Positions 1-10,016 of a DNA stretch of 64,000 nucleotides are shown here, piece by piece. Source of the stretch: Patescibacteria group bacterium (lineage in GTDB: Bacteria > Patescibacteriota > Minisyncoccia > UBA6257 > 2-01-FULL-56-20); assembly GCA_018971305.1 (NCBI GenBank), contig JAGXBC010000001.1:245687-309686 (forward strand). Direction: 5' to 3'. Position numbers and translations under genes: made by a program. The notes under the pieces are model-generated. The model was not told where the DNA came from, ran no database searches, and worked only from the letters and a program-made list of their open reading frames with translations. Position 1 is the stretch's first letter, and every line of letters starts with the position of its first letter.

Positions 1-278
1 TGTTTTTTATGAAGAATCAAAAGACGGCGATGAAAGTAGCAGAGGCGAGGGGCGTCGCAATATTAGCTGCCGCGGAAAATGGGCTGAAGATATTGGAATA
101 CAGTCCGAACGAGGTAAAAGCTGGTGTTACCGGATATGGCTTGGCAGACAAGAAAGCCGTATCAAAAATGGTATCCCTAATTCTCGGAGAATCGGACCTA
201 AAAATAATAGATGACGCAAGCGACGCCCTGGCCATTGCCATTATGGGCTGTTATAAAAGACAAAGCACGGCAAACTAA
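1..278 (+). CDS. ruvC: Holliday junction resolvase RuvC, 5'-truncated by the window edge
   Basis: C-terminal RuvC motifs: ARGV, EYSPNEVK.GVTGYG.ADK, DDASDALAIA. Confidence 0.93.
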   Translation, partial: FFMKNQKTAMKVAEARGVAILAAAENGLKILEYSPNEVKAGVTGYGLADKKAVSKMVSLILGESDLKIIDDASDALAIAIMGCYKRQSTAN

Positions 279-284
279 GCGGCC

Positions 285-293
285 TTATCCACA
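285..293 (+). promoter_or_regulatory. Perfect DnaA box TTATCCACA
   Basis: Exact consensus match, ~4 kb from dnaA, next to a TTGACA -35 hexamer. Confidence 0.6.
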
Positions 294-386
294 ACTTGAC
301 ACCGTAGAGGGTTAAGATAAACTTTTGTAAAATCATCGAGAAATTATAAAATAATCCTAAAAAAGGTCGCAATCTATTCGGATTTT

Positions 387-542
387 ATGGTAGAACTAAA
401 AGAAATAAAATCGGTTTTCCGTCCGCTGAGTGATGACGACAGCGGAGACGACGACTCCGCAAAACTTCCATCTGAAGACGAGGAAGAAGGTGATGCGGAG
501 GACGATTCGGATTTCGACGAAGTGGAAGAGGAGAGCAGCTAG
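387..542 (+). CDS. Small, highly acidic protein (51 aa), absent from the ORF track
   Basis: Manual translation MVELKEIKSVFRPLSDDDSGDDDSAKLPSEDEEEGDAEDDSDFDEVEEESS*; fills the ruvC-PBP gap. Confidence 0.65.
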   Translation: MVELKEIKSVFRPLSDDDSGDDDSAKLPSEDEEEGDAEDDSDFDEVEEESS

Positions 543-623
543 GAGAGTAATTGGTTACCGAATTAAAAAGCAGCCCCTTATATAAGGCGCTATTATGCGA
601 CTTGTGTGCCGGGCTGTTTTTGA

Positions 624-3137
624 TTGATAATATATATGACGATGACACACAAAAAGAGCGGCCGAGGCCTCAGGAGAATATTAATTATCGGAACCACAAT
701 TATTTTGGCGCTAGGGGTTATAGCTATTCTTGTTATTTTCTATTTAGCCAAGGGGCTGCCAACAATAGGACAGATATCGGCAAGGCAAGTAAGCCAATCT
801 ACGAAAATATACGATAGGACCGGAGCCGTGCTCCTGTATGAGATAAGCAACAGCCAGGAGAGAACTGTTGTGCCTCTTCAAAACATACCCAGATATCTCC
901 AGGAGGCAACCGTCGCGGTAGAGGATGAAAATTTTTACAATGAACCTGCCTTTGATTGGAGAGGTATATTGCGAGCACTTTTAGTTGACCTAATCCATGG
1001 ACAAATATTGCAGGGCGGTTCTACTATAACCCAACAATTGGCTAAGAACGCTTTCCTAACTCCGGAGCAAACTGTTATAAGAAAGATTAAAGAGCTTATT
1101 CTCGCCGATAGATTGGATCAATATTATTCCAAAGACAAAATCTTAGAACTTTATTTAAATGAGATCCCCTACGGACCGACCATCTACGGCGTGGAAGCAG
1201 CCAGTGAAGCATTCTTCGGCAAATCAGCAAAAGACTTAAACTTGTCCGAGAGCGTTCTTGTTGCTGCCATACCAAAAGCTCCGACTTATTATTCGCCCTG
1301 GGGTAGCCACCAAAAAGACCTTTTTGACCGACAGAAATTTATCCTGGATAAAATGCTGGGTTTAGGAGAAATCACCCAGAAAGAACACGATGCGGCAGCT
1401 AAGTTCAAATTGGTTTTTGCCCCGCAAGGGCACGCAATTAAAGCTCCGCATTTCGTTATGGCGGTTCAGGATTATCTTGTGCAAAAATATGGCGAGGATA
1501 TGGTCAGAAGCGGCGGACTGAAGGTTGTAACGACCCTTGACTGGGGATTGGAACAAGTAGCGGAGCGCGCTGTCCAGGCTGGCGCCGAGAGAAACGACAC
1601 CCTCTACGACGGCAAGAATGCCGCACTTGTCGCCGAAGACCCCAAGACCGGCCAAATTCTCGCCATGGTTGGCTCCCGGGACTACTTCGCCACTTCTTCC
1701 CTGCCCGAGGGATGCACGCCGGGAGTAAACTGCCAATTTGAGCCCAACTTCAATGCGGCAACACAAGGATTGCGCCAGCCCGGGTCATCACTCAAGCCTT
1801 TTGTTTATTTAACGGCTTTCCAAGAGGGATATACTCCCGACACCATTCTCTTTGATGTTCCGACTGAGTTCGCGGCCAACAACCCTCTCTGCCCGCCGGT
1901 TCCGGACTTCAATAATATTAATAAGGAGTGTTTCCATCCTCAAGATTTTGAGGGATCTTTCTCGGGACCAATGTCATTGCGGGATGCCTTGGCACAATCG
2001 GTGAACGTCCCGGCCGTAAAAGTATTATATTTAGCCGGACTTAATAATACGGTTAAGAATGCTTACGACTTCGGCCTTACAACGCTCACGAGTCCCAATC
2101 TTTACGGATTGTCCCTTGTTTTAGGGGGAGGAGCGGTGAGACTGAACGACCTGGTTGGCGCCTATTCGGTTCTTGCGGCCGACGGCATAAAACACAGGCA
2201 ATCGCTGGTTTTAAGCGTTACGAGTTCCGAAGGACAGATATTGGAATCATACCAGGATCAAAACTCACGCGTTGCCGACACAGAGTCCGTAAGATTAACG
2301 AATAGTATTCTCTCCGATCCTCAGGCGCGAAGCGGTTTATTCCAAAACAGTCTGTCCCTTACAACCTTCCCGGGATATGATGTTGCCCTGAAGACCGGCA
2401 CAAGTAATGATTATCGTGATGCTTGGTCCCTAGGATACACACCGTCGCTTGTGGTTGGAGTTTGGGCTGGAAATAATGACAACAGACCAATGCAGAGAAA
2501 CGGCTTCAGTGTTCTCGCGGCGGTACCGATCTGGCACGATTTTATGGTAGAAGCGATTAAAAATGTTCAGCCGGAAACTTTTAATAAGCCCGACCCCCAG
2601 TATCCACAGAAACCCATATTGGCTGGCGACTACCTCCACGATAAACAGGTCCACTCTATCCTTTATTATGTTGACCGTAATAATCCCACTGGTCCGCCCC
2701 CGCAGAATCCCGAGAACGATTCTCAGTTTACAAACTGGGAAACCGGCGTTCTTGCTTGGGCCGCTCAAAATATTCCCGATTTTAAGGACTATAACCAGAC
2801 AATTCCCGATTCTAATATCGCAACAAGCACGCAGAATTTCGGTCTGCCACCGCGTGTCAGAATAGCCGAGCCGCTTACCGGAGGATTTATAGACGGTCGG
2901 CAAATAAACGTAGCCGCTAGTATAAATAGCACCGACCCCTTGTTAAAAGTTATTGCGCGCTTTAATGGGTCAACAGTTCAAGAGATATCCTTTCCACAAG
3001 GAATGACGAGTTATGATCTGCGTTTTTCATTTTCACCCAATGATACTCAGTCCCAAAATTTATTAGAGGTAGAAGCGGTTGATAAAAACAATCAAAGCGG
3101 TAAGGCGGCAACAATAATTTACGGAAACAATAATTAA
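624..3137 (+). CDS. Class A penicillin-binding protein (PBP1A family transglycosylase/transpeptidase) with C-terminal Ig-like domain
   Basis: N-terminal TM; EDENFY and GGSTITQQLAKN transglycosylase motifs; SSLK, SVN and KTG transpeptidase motifs; start may be 636 or 642. Confidence 0.95.
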   Translation: MIIYMTMTHKKSGRGLRRILIIGTTIILALGVIAILVIFYLAKGLPTIGQISARQVSQSTKIYDRTGAVLLYEISNSQERTVVPLQNIPRYLQEATVAVEDENFYNEPAFDWRGILRALLVDLIHGQILQGGSTITQQLAKNAFLTPEQTVIRKIKELILADRLDQYYSKDKILELYLNEIPYGPTIYGVEAASEAFFGKSAKDLNLSESVLVAAIPKAPTYYSPWGSHQKDLFDRQKFILDKMLGLGEITQKEHDAAAKFKLVFAPQGHAIKAPHFVMAVQDYLVQKYGEDMVRSGGLKVVTTLDWGLEQVAERAVQAGAERNDTLYDGKNAALVAEDPKTGQILAMVGSRDYFATSSLPEGCTPGVNCQFEPNFNAATQGLRQPGSSLKPFVYLTAFQEGYTPDTILFDVPTEFAANNPLCPPVPDFNNINKECFHPQDFEGSFSGPMSLRDALAQSVNVPAVKVLYLAGLNNTVKNAYDFGLTTLTSPNLYGLSLVLGGGAVRLNDLVGAYSVLAADGIKHRQSLVLSVTSSEGQILESYQDQNSRVADTESVRLTNSILSDPQARSGLFQNSLSLTTFPGYDVALKTGTSNDYRDAWSLGYTPSLVVGVWAGNNDNRPMQRNGFSVLAAVPIWHDFMVEAIKNVQPETFNKPDPQYPQKPILAGDYLHDKQVHSILYYVDRNNPTGPPPQNPENDSQFTNWETGVLAWAAQNIPDFKDYNQTIPDSNIATSTQNFGLPPRVRIAEPLTGGFIDGRQINVAASINSTDPLLKVIARFNGSTVQEISFPQGMTSYDLRFSFSPNDTQSQNLLEVEAVDKNNQSGKAATIIYGNNN

Positions 3138-4246
3138 TCTCCGGCTATCGGTTTTACGATATAGATATACGAATCGTCGCCAAGGGATTTTAATTGAGCC
3201 GGCTCATTCTCGCTATTAATTCCAAAAAATACCTCTTCCGAGTTTAGAATTTTTAATGCCTCCGAAAGATATCTCCAATTAAAAATAGTTTCTTTGAGAT
3301 TTCCTTGTATTTTCCCGGATAGAAGATAATTGTTTTCCCCTATTGATTGGTCTGCCGAATTAACTTCTATTGTTTTTTTATTTTCTTGGGACTTTATTTT
3401 TACTTCATTATTTCTGCTGCCAAAAACGCTAGTTAATTTCAGTGCATTAATAAACTCTTGTTTATTAAGAATAATCTCTGTGTTGAATTTCTTCGGTATA
3501 ATAGCTTTATATTCCGGGAAATTTCCCTCTATTAATCTGGAGAGTAATTCTAATTGTTCAGTTTTGAATAAAATTTGATTGTCGTCATGATAAATTTTAA
3601 TAATTTCTTCTCCGTTCAATGTTTTTTGTAATTCTTTTGCCGTTTTAAGAGGTATTAAAACTTTAAATTTTTGTTCATAATTAGTTTTAAATTCGTCTTT
3701 ATTTATTGTTTTTTCTGCTAAACGAAAGCTGTCCGTCGCAGCCAATTTTATTTCATCTATAGAAAAATCAAATAATACTGAATTTAATTCCAGTCTTAAT
3801 TCTGAAAATTGTGAGGCAATAAGGACTTGATTTAATGAATTCTTTATTATTTCTGCTTTAATTTCAATAAATTCTTTTTGATTTTTTATCTTGGGAGTTA
3901 TAGGGAAATCTTCTGCCGGGGCTCCCTGAATAACAGCTTCATAATTATCTGTTTTTATAATTAATTTATTGTTTTTATTTTCTATATTTAACCTATCACT
4001 TTCGAGGTTATTAACGATATTTGATAATAAATTAACAGGTACGGTAAACCTTCCGTTTTCTATAACTTTTCCCAGAACAGAGAAACTTGAGGCAATTTCT
4101 AGGTCTGTTGATGTTATTTTTATTTTATTCCCGTCGGTTTCTAAAAGAATATTTTTTAATATCGGTAAATTAAGATTTTCATTATTTATTCTCTCTACAA
4201 CAAAAACACCTTTTTTAAGATTATCTTTTATAACTATAAATTTCAT
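3134..4246 (-). CDS. dnaN: DNA polymerase III beta sliding clamp
   Basis: LPILKNILL, TDLEI, ATDSFRLAE and SRLIEGNFPEY motifs; directly downstream of dnaA. Confidence 0.97.
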   Translation of the reverse strand: MKFIVIKDNLKKGVFVVERINNENLNLPILKNILLETDGNKIKITSTDLEIASSFSVLGKVIENGRFTVPVNLLSNIVNNLESDRLNIENKNNKLIIKTDNYEAVIQGAPAEDFPITPKIKNQKEFIEIKAEIIKNSLNQVLIASQFSELRLELNSVLFDFSIDEIKLAATDSFRLAEKTINKDEFKTNYEQKFKVLIPLKTAKELQKTLNGEEIIKIYHDDNQILFKTEQLELLSRLIEGNFPEYKAIIPKKFNTEIILNKQEFINALKLTSVFGSRNNEVKIKSQENKKTIEVNSADQSIGENNYLLSGKIQGNLKETIFNWRYLSEALKILNSEEVFFGINSENEPAQLKSLGDDSYIYIVKPIAGD

Positions 4247-4364
4247 TATATTAATTAAATTATTTTTACTGTTAATACTATTAGTCCTGTTAATTAGTGG
4301 ATAAGTATTATAACTATAAATTTAACCGATTAAATATAATTTTAATTTGTTAATATACTGTTTA
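4247..4364. other. Probable oriC unwinding region (dnaA-dnaN spacer)
   Basis: Very AT-rich; DnaA-box-like AGTGGATAA at 4296-4304; repeated TGTTAAT; TAA/TAG trinucleotide run resembling DnaA-trios. Confidence 0.7.
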
Positions 4365-5711
4365 TTAACTCTTAAAAATTATATCTTTAATAGATAATAT
4401 CTCCTGATTTAAATTGGGATTTTTATTAACTTCCTGGTTTATTTTCTCATATGAGTGTATTGCTGTTGTATGATCTCTCCCCATCTTTTCCCCAATATAC
4501 GGATAAGATAATTCTGAAATATCCCTTAATAAGTACATAGCAATTTGCCTCGGTTTTACAACTTCTTTCCTGCGATTATGGCTTATAAGATCTTCTATGG
4601 AAATATTAAAGAACTCGGCTACTGCTTTAAGAATTTGGCCGTCATTAACCCTTTTAAAAGACGACTGAATGGATTTTTCTATAATTTCTTCAGCGACAGA
4701 TTCGTTTATTGCGGTTTGTTTTTTGTCCTGATAAAAAAGTATCTTTTTTAAGACACCTTCTAATTCCCTGATATTTTTCTTTACTTTTTTAGCTATAATA
4801 TCAACAACGGCATCGCTTAAAACCAAACCGGTTTCCTGCAACTTGCTTTTTATAATAGCCACACGAGTTTCGTATTCTGGATAGCCGATGTCTGTTATTA
4901 AACCCCCCTCAAACCGCGAACGTAGGCGTTCTTCAAGGGTTGGAATGGATTGCGGCGGCCTGTCTGAGGATATTATTATTTGTTTATTGGCCTCATAAAG
5001 AGCGTTGAAAGTATGGAAGAATTCCTCCTCGGTTTTTTCTTTTCCGCCTATGAATTGAATGTCGTCAATAATCAAAACATCTACGTCGCGATATTTTCTT
5101 TTCATATCTTCCATTCTTTTATTACGTATCCCCCAGACGATGTCGCTTGTGAATTTTTCTGAAGAGACATATTTAGGACGTATCTTCCTCTGGTACCTGG
5201 AATTAATTTCGTTACCGATCGCTTGTATCAGATGGGTTTTCCCGAGACCAACCAACCCATAAACGAAAAAGGGATTATACTTCGTACCGATCTCGTTAAC
5301 GATTGATGATGCTGCGGCGAAGGCCAGTTCGTTTGATGGGCCGACCACGAATGACTGCATTGTATAGCGCGGATTCAGATTTGTTTCCGGATCAACCTTA
5401 AATTCTAAACCTATTGTGTTGTCCAGTTTTTGTGTCGGAGCGCTTGGGGAGAGGGGTTCTGTCGCCTGATTCGCAACCACAAACTCTAGTTTTCTGGCAG
5501 AGGTGTCGAAATTCCTCATAATCCCAAGAAGATTTTTATTATATTTATTTTCAACCCATTCTTTAGCAAAATTATTTGGTAAAGATATATAAAACGTGCC
5601 ATCTTTTTTATCGAAGAGGCGGCTATTTTTAAGCCATGTTGCAAAATTTGCCCTGGAAAGTTGGATTTCCATTTCCCCCAACGTAGATTGCCAAAGTTGT
5701 TCCAGGTCCAT
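4365..5711 (-). CDS. dnaA: Chromosomal replication initiator DnaA
   Basis: YNPFFVYGLVGLGKTHL Walker A, LIIDDIQF, RLRSRFEGGL, GRDHTT. Confidence 0.98.
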   Translation of the reverse strand: MDLEQLWQSTLGEMEIQLSRANFATWLKNSRLFDKKDGTFYISLPNNFAKEWVENKYNKNLLGIMRNFDTSARKLEFVVANQATEPLSPSAPTQKLDNTIGLEFKVDPETNLNPRYTMQSFVVGPSNELAFAAASSIVNEIGTKYNPFFVYGLVGLGKTHLIQAIGNEINSRYQRKIRPKYVSSEKFTSDIVWGIRNKRMEDMKRKYRDVDVLIIDDIQFIGGKEKTEEEFFHTFNALYEANKQIIISSDRPPQSIPTLEERLRSRFEGGLITDIGYPEYETRVAIIKSKLQETGLVLSDAVVDIIAKKVKKNIRELEGVLKKILFYQDKKQTAINESVAEEIIEKSIQSSFKRVNDGQILKAVAEFFNISIEDLISHNRRKEVVKPRQIAMYLLRDISELSYPYIGEKMGRDHTTAIHSYEKINQEVNKNPNLNQEILSIKDIIFKS

Positions 5712-5959
5712 ATAATTATTTATCCAGTTTTTATTTTATTTATATCTCCAACACATCGTTAATTCGTTAGTCTTAATTCTAATTTTTATTTTGTCTTTTA
5801 GTCAAAGGACGAAATGGCTAGATTCTGGGGATTACATGTTGATAACTATTTTACAAAAGAAAATAATGTTATCAAAAATCTTAACGCCCTAATTGTAGTG
5901 TTATATAACACCGGCGTCAAATGTTTTGAATTTTTTAAAGACCGTGTTAGTATTTAAAA
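5712..5959. promoter_or_regulatory. dnaA/rpmH divergent promoter region, probably part of oriC
   Basis: AT-rich; degenerate DnaA box TGTTGATAA near 5837; TTGAAT...TAGTAT just upstream of the rpmH ATG. Confidence 0.55.
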
Positions 5960-6094
5960 ATGTCCGTTACCTATCAGCCCAAGAAGAGGAAGCGCGCAAA
6001 AGCCCACGGCTTTCGCTCTAGGCAAAGAACACCGGGCGGCCGCAGGGTTTTGGCGAAAAGGCGTCTCAAAAAAAGGCGACGCCTAGCAGTTTAA
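5960..6094 (+). CDS. rpmH: 50S ribosomal protein L34 (44 aa), absent from the ORF track
   Basis: [44 protein letters not shown]; canonical position. Confidence 0.97.
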   Translation: MSVTYQPKKRKRAKAHGFRSRQRTPGGRRVLAKRRLKKRRRLAV

Positions 6095-6184
6095 CGGCTC
6101 CGCAGTCCCCAATTTAACCATTAGCCCCCCTGTTTTGTGGCCAGGATTTTGTTGTTAAGCACTAAAGACTATTACTATTGGCAT

Positions 6185-6502
6185 ATGTTTCCCCGAAGCT
6201 ATCGTCTCCCGGTTAAGGAAGCGCACACAAGACTGCGGAAATTGTTCTCGTCTCCATATTTTATAGTGAAGACCGCCGTCAATACCACTGGGCATAATAG
6301 ATTCGGTATAATAATAGCTAACAGTTCGGTAAAGAAATCAACGAAGCGCCATTTTTGGAAAAGGCGTTTTATCGGAATTCTCCGGGGATGGCCAAATTTC
6401 CAGAAAGATTTTCTGTTTATCATTTCCCCTAAAATAAACAACCTAGATCAGAACAAACTTAAAGAGGAAATTAACGAGTCTCTGCCGGCCGCCGGTCGTT
6501 AG
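6185..6502 (+). CDS. rnpA: Ribonuclease P protein component
   Basis: MFPRSYRL start, RFGIII...VKKSTKRHFWKRR (RNR-like motif); synteny rpmH-rnpA-yidC; ATG at 6185 preferred over GTG at 6137. Confidence 0.88.
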   Translation: MFPRSYRLPVKEAHTRLRKLFSSPYFIVKTAVNTTGHNRFGIIIANSSVKKSTKRHFWKRRFIGILRGWPNFQKDFLFIISPKINNLDQNKLKEEINESLPAAGR

Positions 6503-6529
6503 AGCGCAATAGCTATTTCAGTCAACACC

Positions 6530-7282
6530 ATGTCTTATTTATATAATTTAATTTTATACCACCCGCTCCTTAACGCCCTGATATTTTTCTACAACACGAT
6601 TGCTTTCCATGATTTGGGTTTAGCTATAATTTTCTTAACCCTTTTAATTCGCCTGATACTGTTTCCCCTTTTCCACAAGGGAAGCCGACACCAGATTGTG
6701 ATGCAAAAACTTCAGCCCAAGCTAAAAAAGATCCAGGAAGTCCACAAAGACGACAAAGAAAAACAGGCCCAAGCGATGATGGATTTATATAAAGAACACC
6801 AAGTCAACCCCTTCGCGGGAATTTTAATCCTCATCGTGCAGCTGCCGATACTCATCGCCCTTTATCAGATGTTTCTTAGAATTTTGAAACCAGATTTCCT
6901 TTCTGGCCTTTACGGATTTATTTCGGCTCCGGTTTCATTGAACGATTCGCTTTTCGGCTTGATTAATTTAGGTGAAAAGAGTATCCTGATTGTTGGTTTG
7001 GCAGCATTAGCACAATATTTTCAGGCGCGGCTTGTTCTGCCAAAACTGGAAACAGGACATAAGCAGACGCAGATGGAGAAAATGACGAGGCATATGACGT
7101 TTATCGGTCCGATTATGACGCTCGTCATCTTCTATAATTTGCCGTCAGCCATAGGCCTTTATTGGTTTGTAATGTCGCTTTTCTCTATTTTTCAACAAAT
7201 TTTAGTTAATAAAAAGTTAGAATCAGAACAAATCGAAAAAGAAAATGGAAAACTGGGAAACATTGGTCAAAAAAATAATTGA
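6530..7282 (+). CDS. yidC: Membrane protein insertase YidC/Oxa1
   Basis: GLAII.LT..IRL.L.PL, MQKLQP, YKEHQVNP, Q.PI, LYW; synteny. Confidence 0.95.
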   Translation: MSYLYNLILYHPLLNALIFFYNTIAFHDLGLAIIFLTLLIRLILFPLFHKGSRHQIVMQKLQPKLKKIQEVHKDDKEKQAQAMMDLYKEHQVNPFAGILILIVQLPILIALYQMFLRILKPDFLSGLYGFISAPVSLNDSLFGLINLGEKSILIVGLAALAQYFQARLVLPKLETGHKQTQMEKMTRHMTFIGPIMTLVIFYNLPSAIGLYWFVMSLFSIFQQILVNKKLESEQIEKENGKLGNIGQKNN

Positions 7283-7685
7283 GTTAATGGGTTTCGCGGA
7301 TTACAAGGTGGAGGCTAAGTCCGACGAAAAACACGGTTCAATTCATATCTACGACAACCCGAACCTTATCCAGGAGAACCTGCCAGTTATTATTGAAAGC
7401 TTGAATCATATTTTACAGATGGTCGCGAGAAAGAACGACCAGCCGCCGCCGTTTTTTGACGTTAACGATTACCGCCAGAGACGGGAGAGCTTGATAGCCG
7501 AGCTTGCGCGTGCAGCGGCAAAGAAGGTTTTAACAACCAAAGAACAAGTTTCTCTACCAGCTATGAATTCCTATGAGCGTCGCCTTGTGCACGTGGAGTT
7601 AGCCGTTCATCCGGAGGTAACCACCGAAAGCGTGGGCACCGGGAAAGAAAGATACGTGATTATAAAACCCCTGGAAGATAAATAA
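7245..7685 (+). CDS. jag: Jag/KhpB-like R3H RNA-binding protein (short form)
   Basis: DVNDYR and LPAMNSYERRLVH (R3H), ESVGTG..RYV; follows yidC. Confidence 0.88.
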   Translation: MENWETLVKKIIELMGFADYKVEAKSDEKHGSIHIYDNPNLIQENLPVIIESLNHILQMVARKNDQPPPFFDVNDYRQRRESLIAELARAAAKKVLTTKEQVSLPAMNSYERRLVHVELAVHPEVTTESVGTGKERYVIIKPLEDK

Positions 7686-7695
7686 TTGTCGGTGC

Positions 7696-7731
7696 AAATA
7701 TAATACCCCGTATATGCGGGGTATTATATTT
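7696..7731. terminator. Bidirectional intrinsic terminator
   Basis: AAATATAATACCCCGTA/TGCGGGGTATTATATTT inverted repeat between convergent genes. Confidence 0.8.
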
Positions 7732-7752
7732 TATGATTGGAAAATCCGGAAA

Positions 7753-9045
7753 TTATTTTAGTGATATCGCATAAACGAGACTGTCGTATCTATTAATAAA
7801 GAGAAGAGTGTTGTTAAAGACCCCAAGATTCTTGGCGTCAAGTTTTTGATTCAAGTCGGCGAAGACGGAGGTTACGTTGCCGCTAGAAAGATCTATCTTA
7901 TAAAAGTTATCCAGGGTGAATAGGGCCATCTTTTCATAATCATCCGGCAGAGAGCTGACGCTTAATTTTTGGGAATCGCGTGGGACGGCGCAATAAAGAT
8001 AGTTTTTGACCGTTACCGGCGGCTGCTTTTGGGCGGCGCTTTTCGTGGTTGTTGCCGTGGTCGAGGTTGAGACCGTAGATGTCGGATTTTGGATTTCTGT
8101 GTCAAAGGTGCATTTTGACGGCAGAGTTAGGAAGGTAAGACTGTTGATAACATTCCCTTCGGGATTGGTCAGGGACAACTTTCCCCCTACGTTTGTCAGG
8201 CTGTTTCCGCTGAGGAGCAGTCCCATTCCAGCGGACCTGCTCCAGATAGATTCCATACCGGAGTAGCCATTAACGAGCTGGGACAATGTTTTATTTTTTG
8301 TATCAATAAGCCAAACGGACCCCGAGGTGAAGGCACTGCCCCTATCGGACATGATTATGTTATTGGGGCTAATCCAGTCTAAGATCTGATCCTGGACATT
8401 CAATTTCATCAACTCAACCGCCTTAGCCTTAGAGTTTGATATGTCTAGGGTTTGGAGCGAGAGGGCGCTAGAACCATTTATGTTGGAGAAATAGGCAATC
8501 TTGTAATCATCCGGTGACCATGTTGTTGACAGGAGACCTTGTGCGAGCGGCTGCCAAGATTTACTGTCAATATCAAATACGCTTTCCTGGGGATTGGATG
8601 AGTCGCCGAAGACAGCAAGAATTTTTTTGCCGTCGTAGGAAAAATCGGCGCGGATGAGGCCCGCTATCGCCGAAGAACTTAAAACCGAAGGATTGCCGGA
8701 AGATACTTTGATTATTTGTCCCGTGGGGCGGACAAGAATCGCGTTGTTCTGCGCGTCAACATAAAAATTTATCGCGGAGCTTTGTGAGATTACCCCGAAT
8801 TTTTGTCCGGCGGAAATGGTTGGTGTCGGAGTTTGGCCGTTCGTTCCGGTGCCCTGTCCGCTCGTTTCGTTGCCGTTGTTCTGCCCGGACCCTCCTCCTG
8901 CGGTCGTTTCTGTTGGAAGCGTGCCGGTGAAGGCGTTGCCGCTGGAAGGCGAAGGCGCACCTGAGCGATAGCGCAGGAAATAACCGATGCCTATAGCAAG
9001 CGCGATAACACCGACGATTCCTAAGATGTAATAGATGCGCTTCAT
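7753..9045 (-). CDS. Membrane-anchored extracytoplasmic protein, probable beta-propeller
   Basis: N-terminal TM, G/T/P linker, TolB-like repeats (FSYDGKK, WSPDDYKI, WISPN); last gene of the T4SS-like cluster. Confidence 0.7.
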   Translation of the reverse strand: MKRIYYILGIVGVIALAIGIGYFLRYRSGAPSPSSGNAFTGTLPTETTAGGGSGQNNGNETSGQGTGTNGQTPTPTISAGQKFGVISQSSAINFYVDAQNNAILVRPTGQIIKVSSGNPSVLSSSAIAGLIRADFSYDGKKILAVFGDSSNPQESVFDIDSKSWQPLAQGLLSTTWSPDDYKIAYFSNINGSSALSLQTLDISNSKAKAVELMKLNVQDQILDWISPNNIIMSDRGSAFTSGSVWLIDTKNKTLSQLVNGYSGMESIWSRSAGMGLLLSGNSLTNVGGKLSLTNPEGNVINSLTFLTLPSKCTFDTEIQNPTSTVSTSTTATTTKSAAQKQPPVTVKNYLYCAVPRDSQKLSVSSLPDDYEKMALFTLDNFYKIDLSSGNVTSVFADLNQKLDAKNLGVFNNTLLFINRYDSLVYAISLK

Positions 9046-9083
9046 GTAATTCTAATTAATGATAATTATATAGAAAGATATGG

Positions 9084-10016
9084 TTACCTTGTTGAAAGCC
9101 ATCTAAGGAGCGGAGATACCGCCCAAGTACCTCCCATCAATGGACTCCCGGCCTTGAATGATATGGTTGTTCCGAGTAGAAGATCGTGTAATTGAGGGTC
9201 TAGAAAAAGTGACTGTGAAAACGTAGCAAAATGAGCGCCGTTCGGATCGGGTGTGAGTTTTAGCTTATAACCCGGGGTAGGAATGAGATAATCCGATGTT
9301 AAACCACTATAAAGGACTACATCTATAGTTGGAACACCAGAACAATCCCCATTAATCGTTCCGTCCATATAAACTGTATCTCCAGTGTAGGCAGTATAGG
9401 ACTGTGTTGATATCGTGTTTTGGTTGTTGGCGTCTTTCCATACTAAAGTAGCACCAGTTATGGTGCAGGTAGTTAGTGATGCTGTATTACCACAACCCTT
9501 ACTACTATTAGTATCGAGCAAAAAACAAGGATTACCACCACAACCCTGAATTGTTGAGCAGCTTGGCGCGCAGGCCAATATTCCATTAGGAGCAGCACAA
9601 CCATACATTGTTTGCCCACTCGACAAACTTACCCCTATCGACGACACATTAGCCGGAGATAGTGTGGGCAGATTGAGGTTAACAAGATTGGGGTTGATAA
9701 CGTTCAGTATAAGATATGCTCCACCAAGGAGAACTAAGCCCAATAAAGCGCTTTTTATCCAATCTTTACCCTCGCTTTGTCCGGAAGGATTGCCTGCGGC
9801 AAAGATATACTTAACTCCACCGAATACCACGGCTCCGAAAGCAAGGATGCCTCCTAGATATAAGGCATATTTGTAGAAAGCGTTAACGGTAGACGGAATG
9901 TCCGGACCTGTTGAGAAGGGGAGGCTCGTGTTGATGGAAACCGTGGCGGCTAAGGCCGAGTTCGCCGCGCAAGAGAACAAGAGCGCCATCGTTAACCAAT
10001 AAATAGATCTTTTCAT
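9084..10016 (-). CDS. VirB2/TrbC-like pilin with Cys-rich C-terminal extension
   Basis: Signal peptide; two hydrophobic helices flanking GG.KY..AAGNP....EGKDWIKSALLGL; variable C-terminus. Confidence 0.8.
   Translation of the reverse strand: MKRSIYWLTMALLFSCAANSALAATVSINTSLPFSTGPDIPSTVNAFYKYALYLGGILAFGAVVFGGVKYIFAAGNPSGQSEGKDWIKSALLGLVLLGGAYLILNVINPNLVNLNLPTLSPANVSSIGVSLSSGQTMYGCAAPNGILACAPSCSTIQGCGGNPCFLLDTNSSKGCGNTASLTTCTITGATLVWKDANNQNTISTQSYTAYTGDTVYMDGTINGDCSGVPTIDVVLYSGLTSDYLIPTPGYKLKLTPDPNGAHFATFSQSLFLDPQLHDLLLGTTISFKAGSPLMGGTWAVSPLLRWLSTR
9639..9937 (-). repeat. 299-bp pilin-core cassette, copy 1 (inverted relative to 59251-59549)
   Basis: Manual alignment gives ~21 mismatches in 299 bp, one amino-acid change and an 86-bp identical core. 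Confidence 0.95.
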
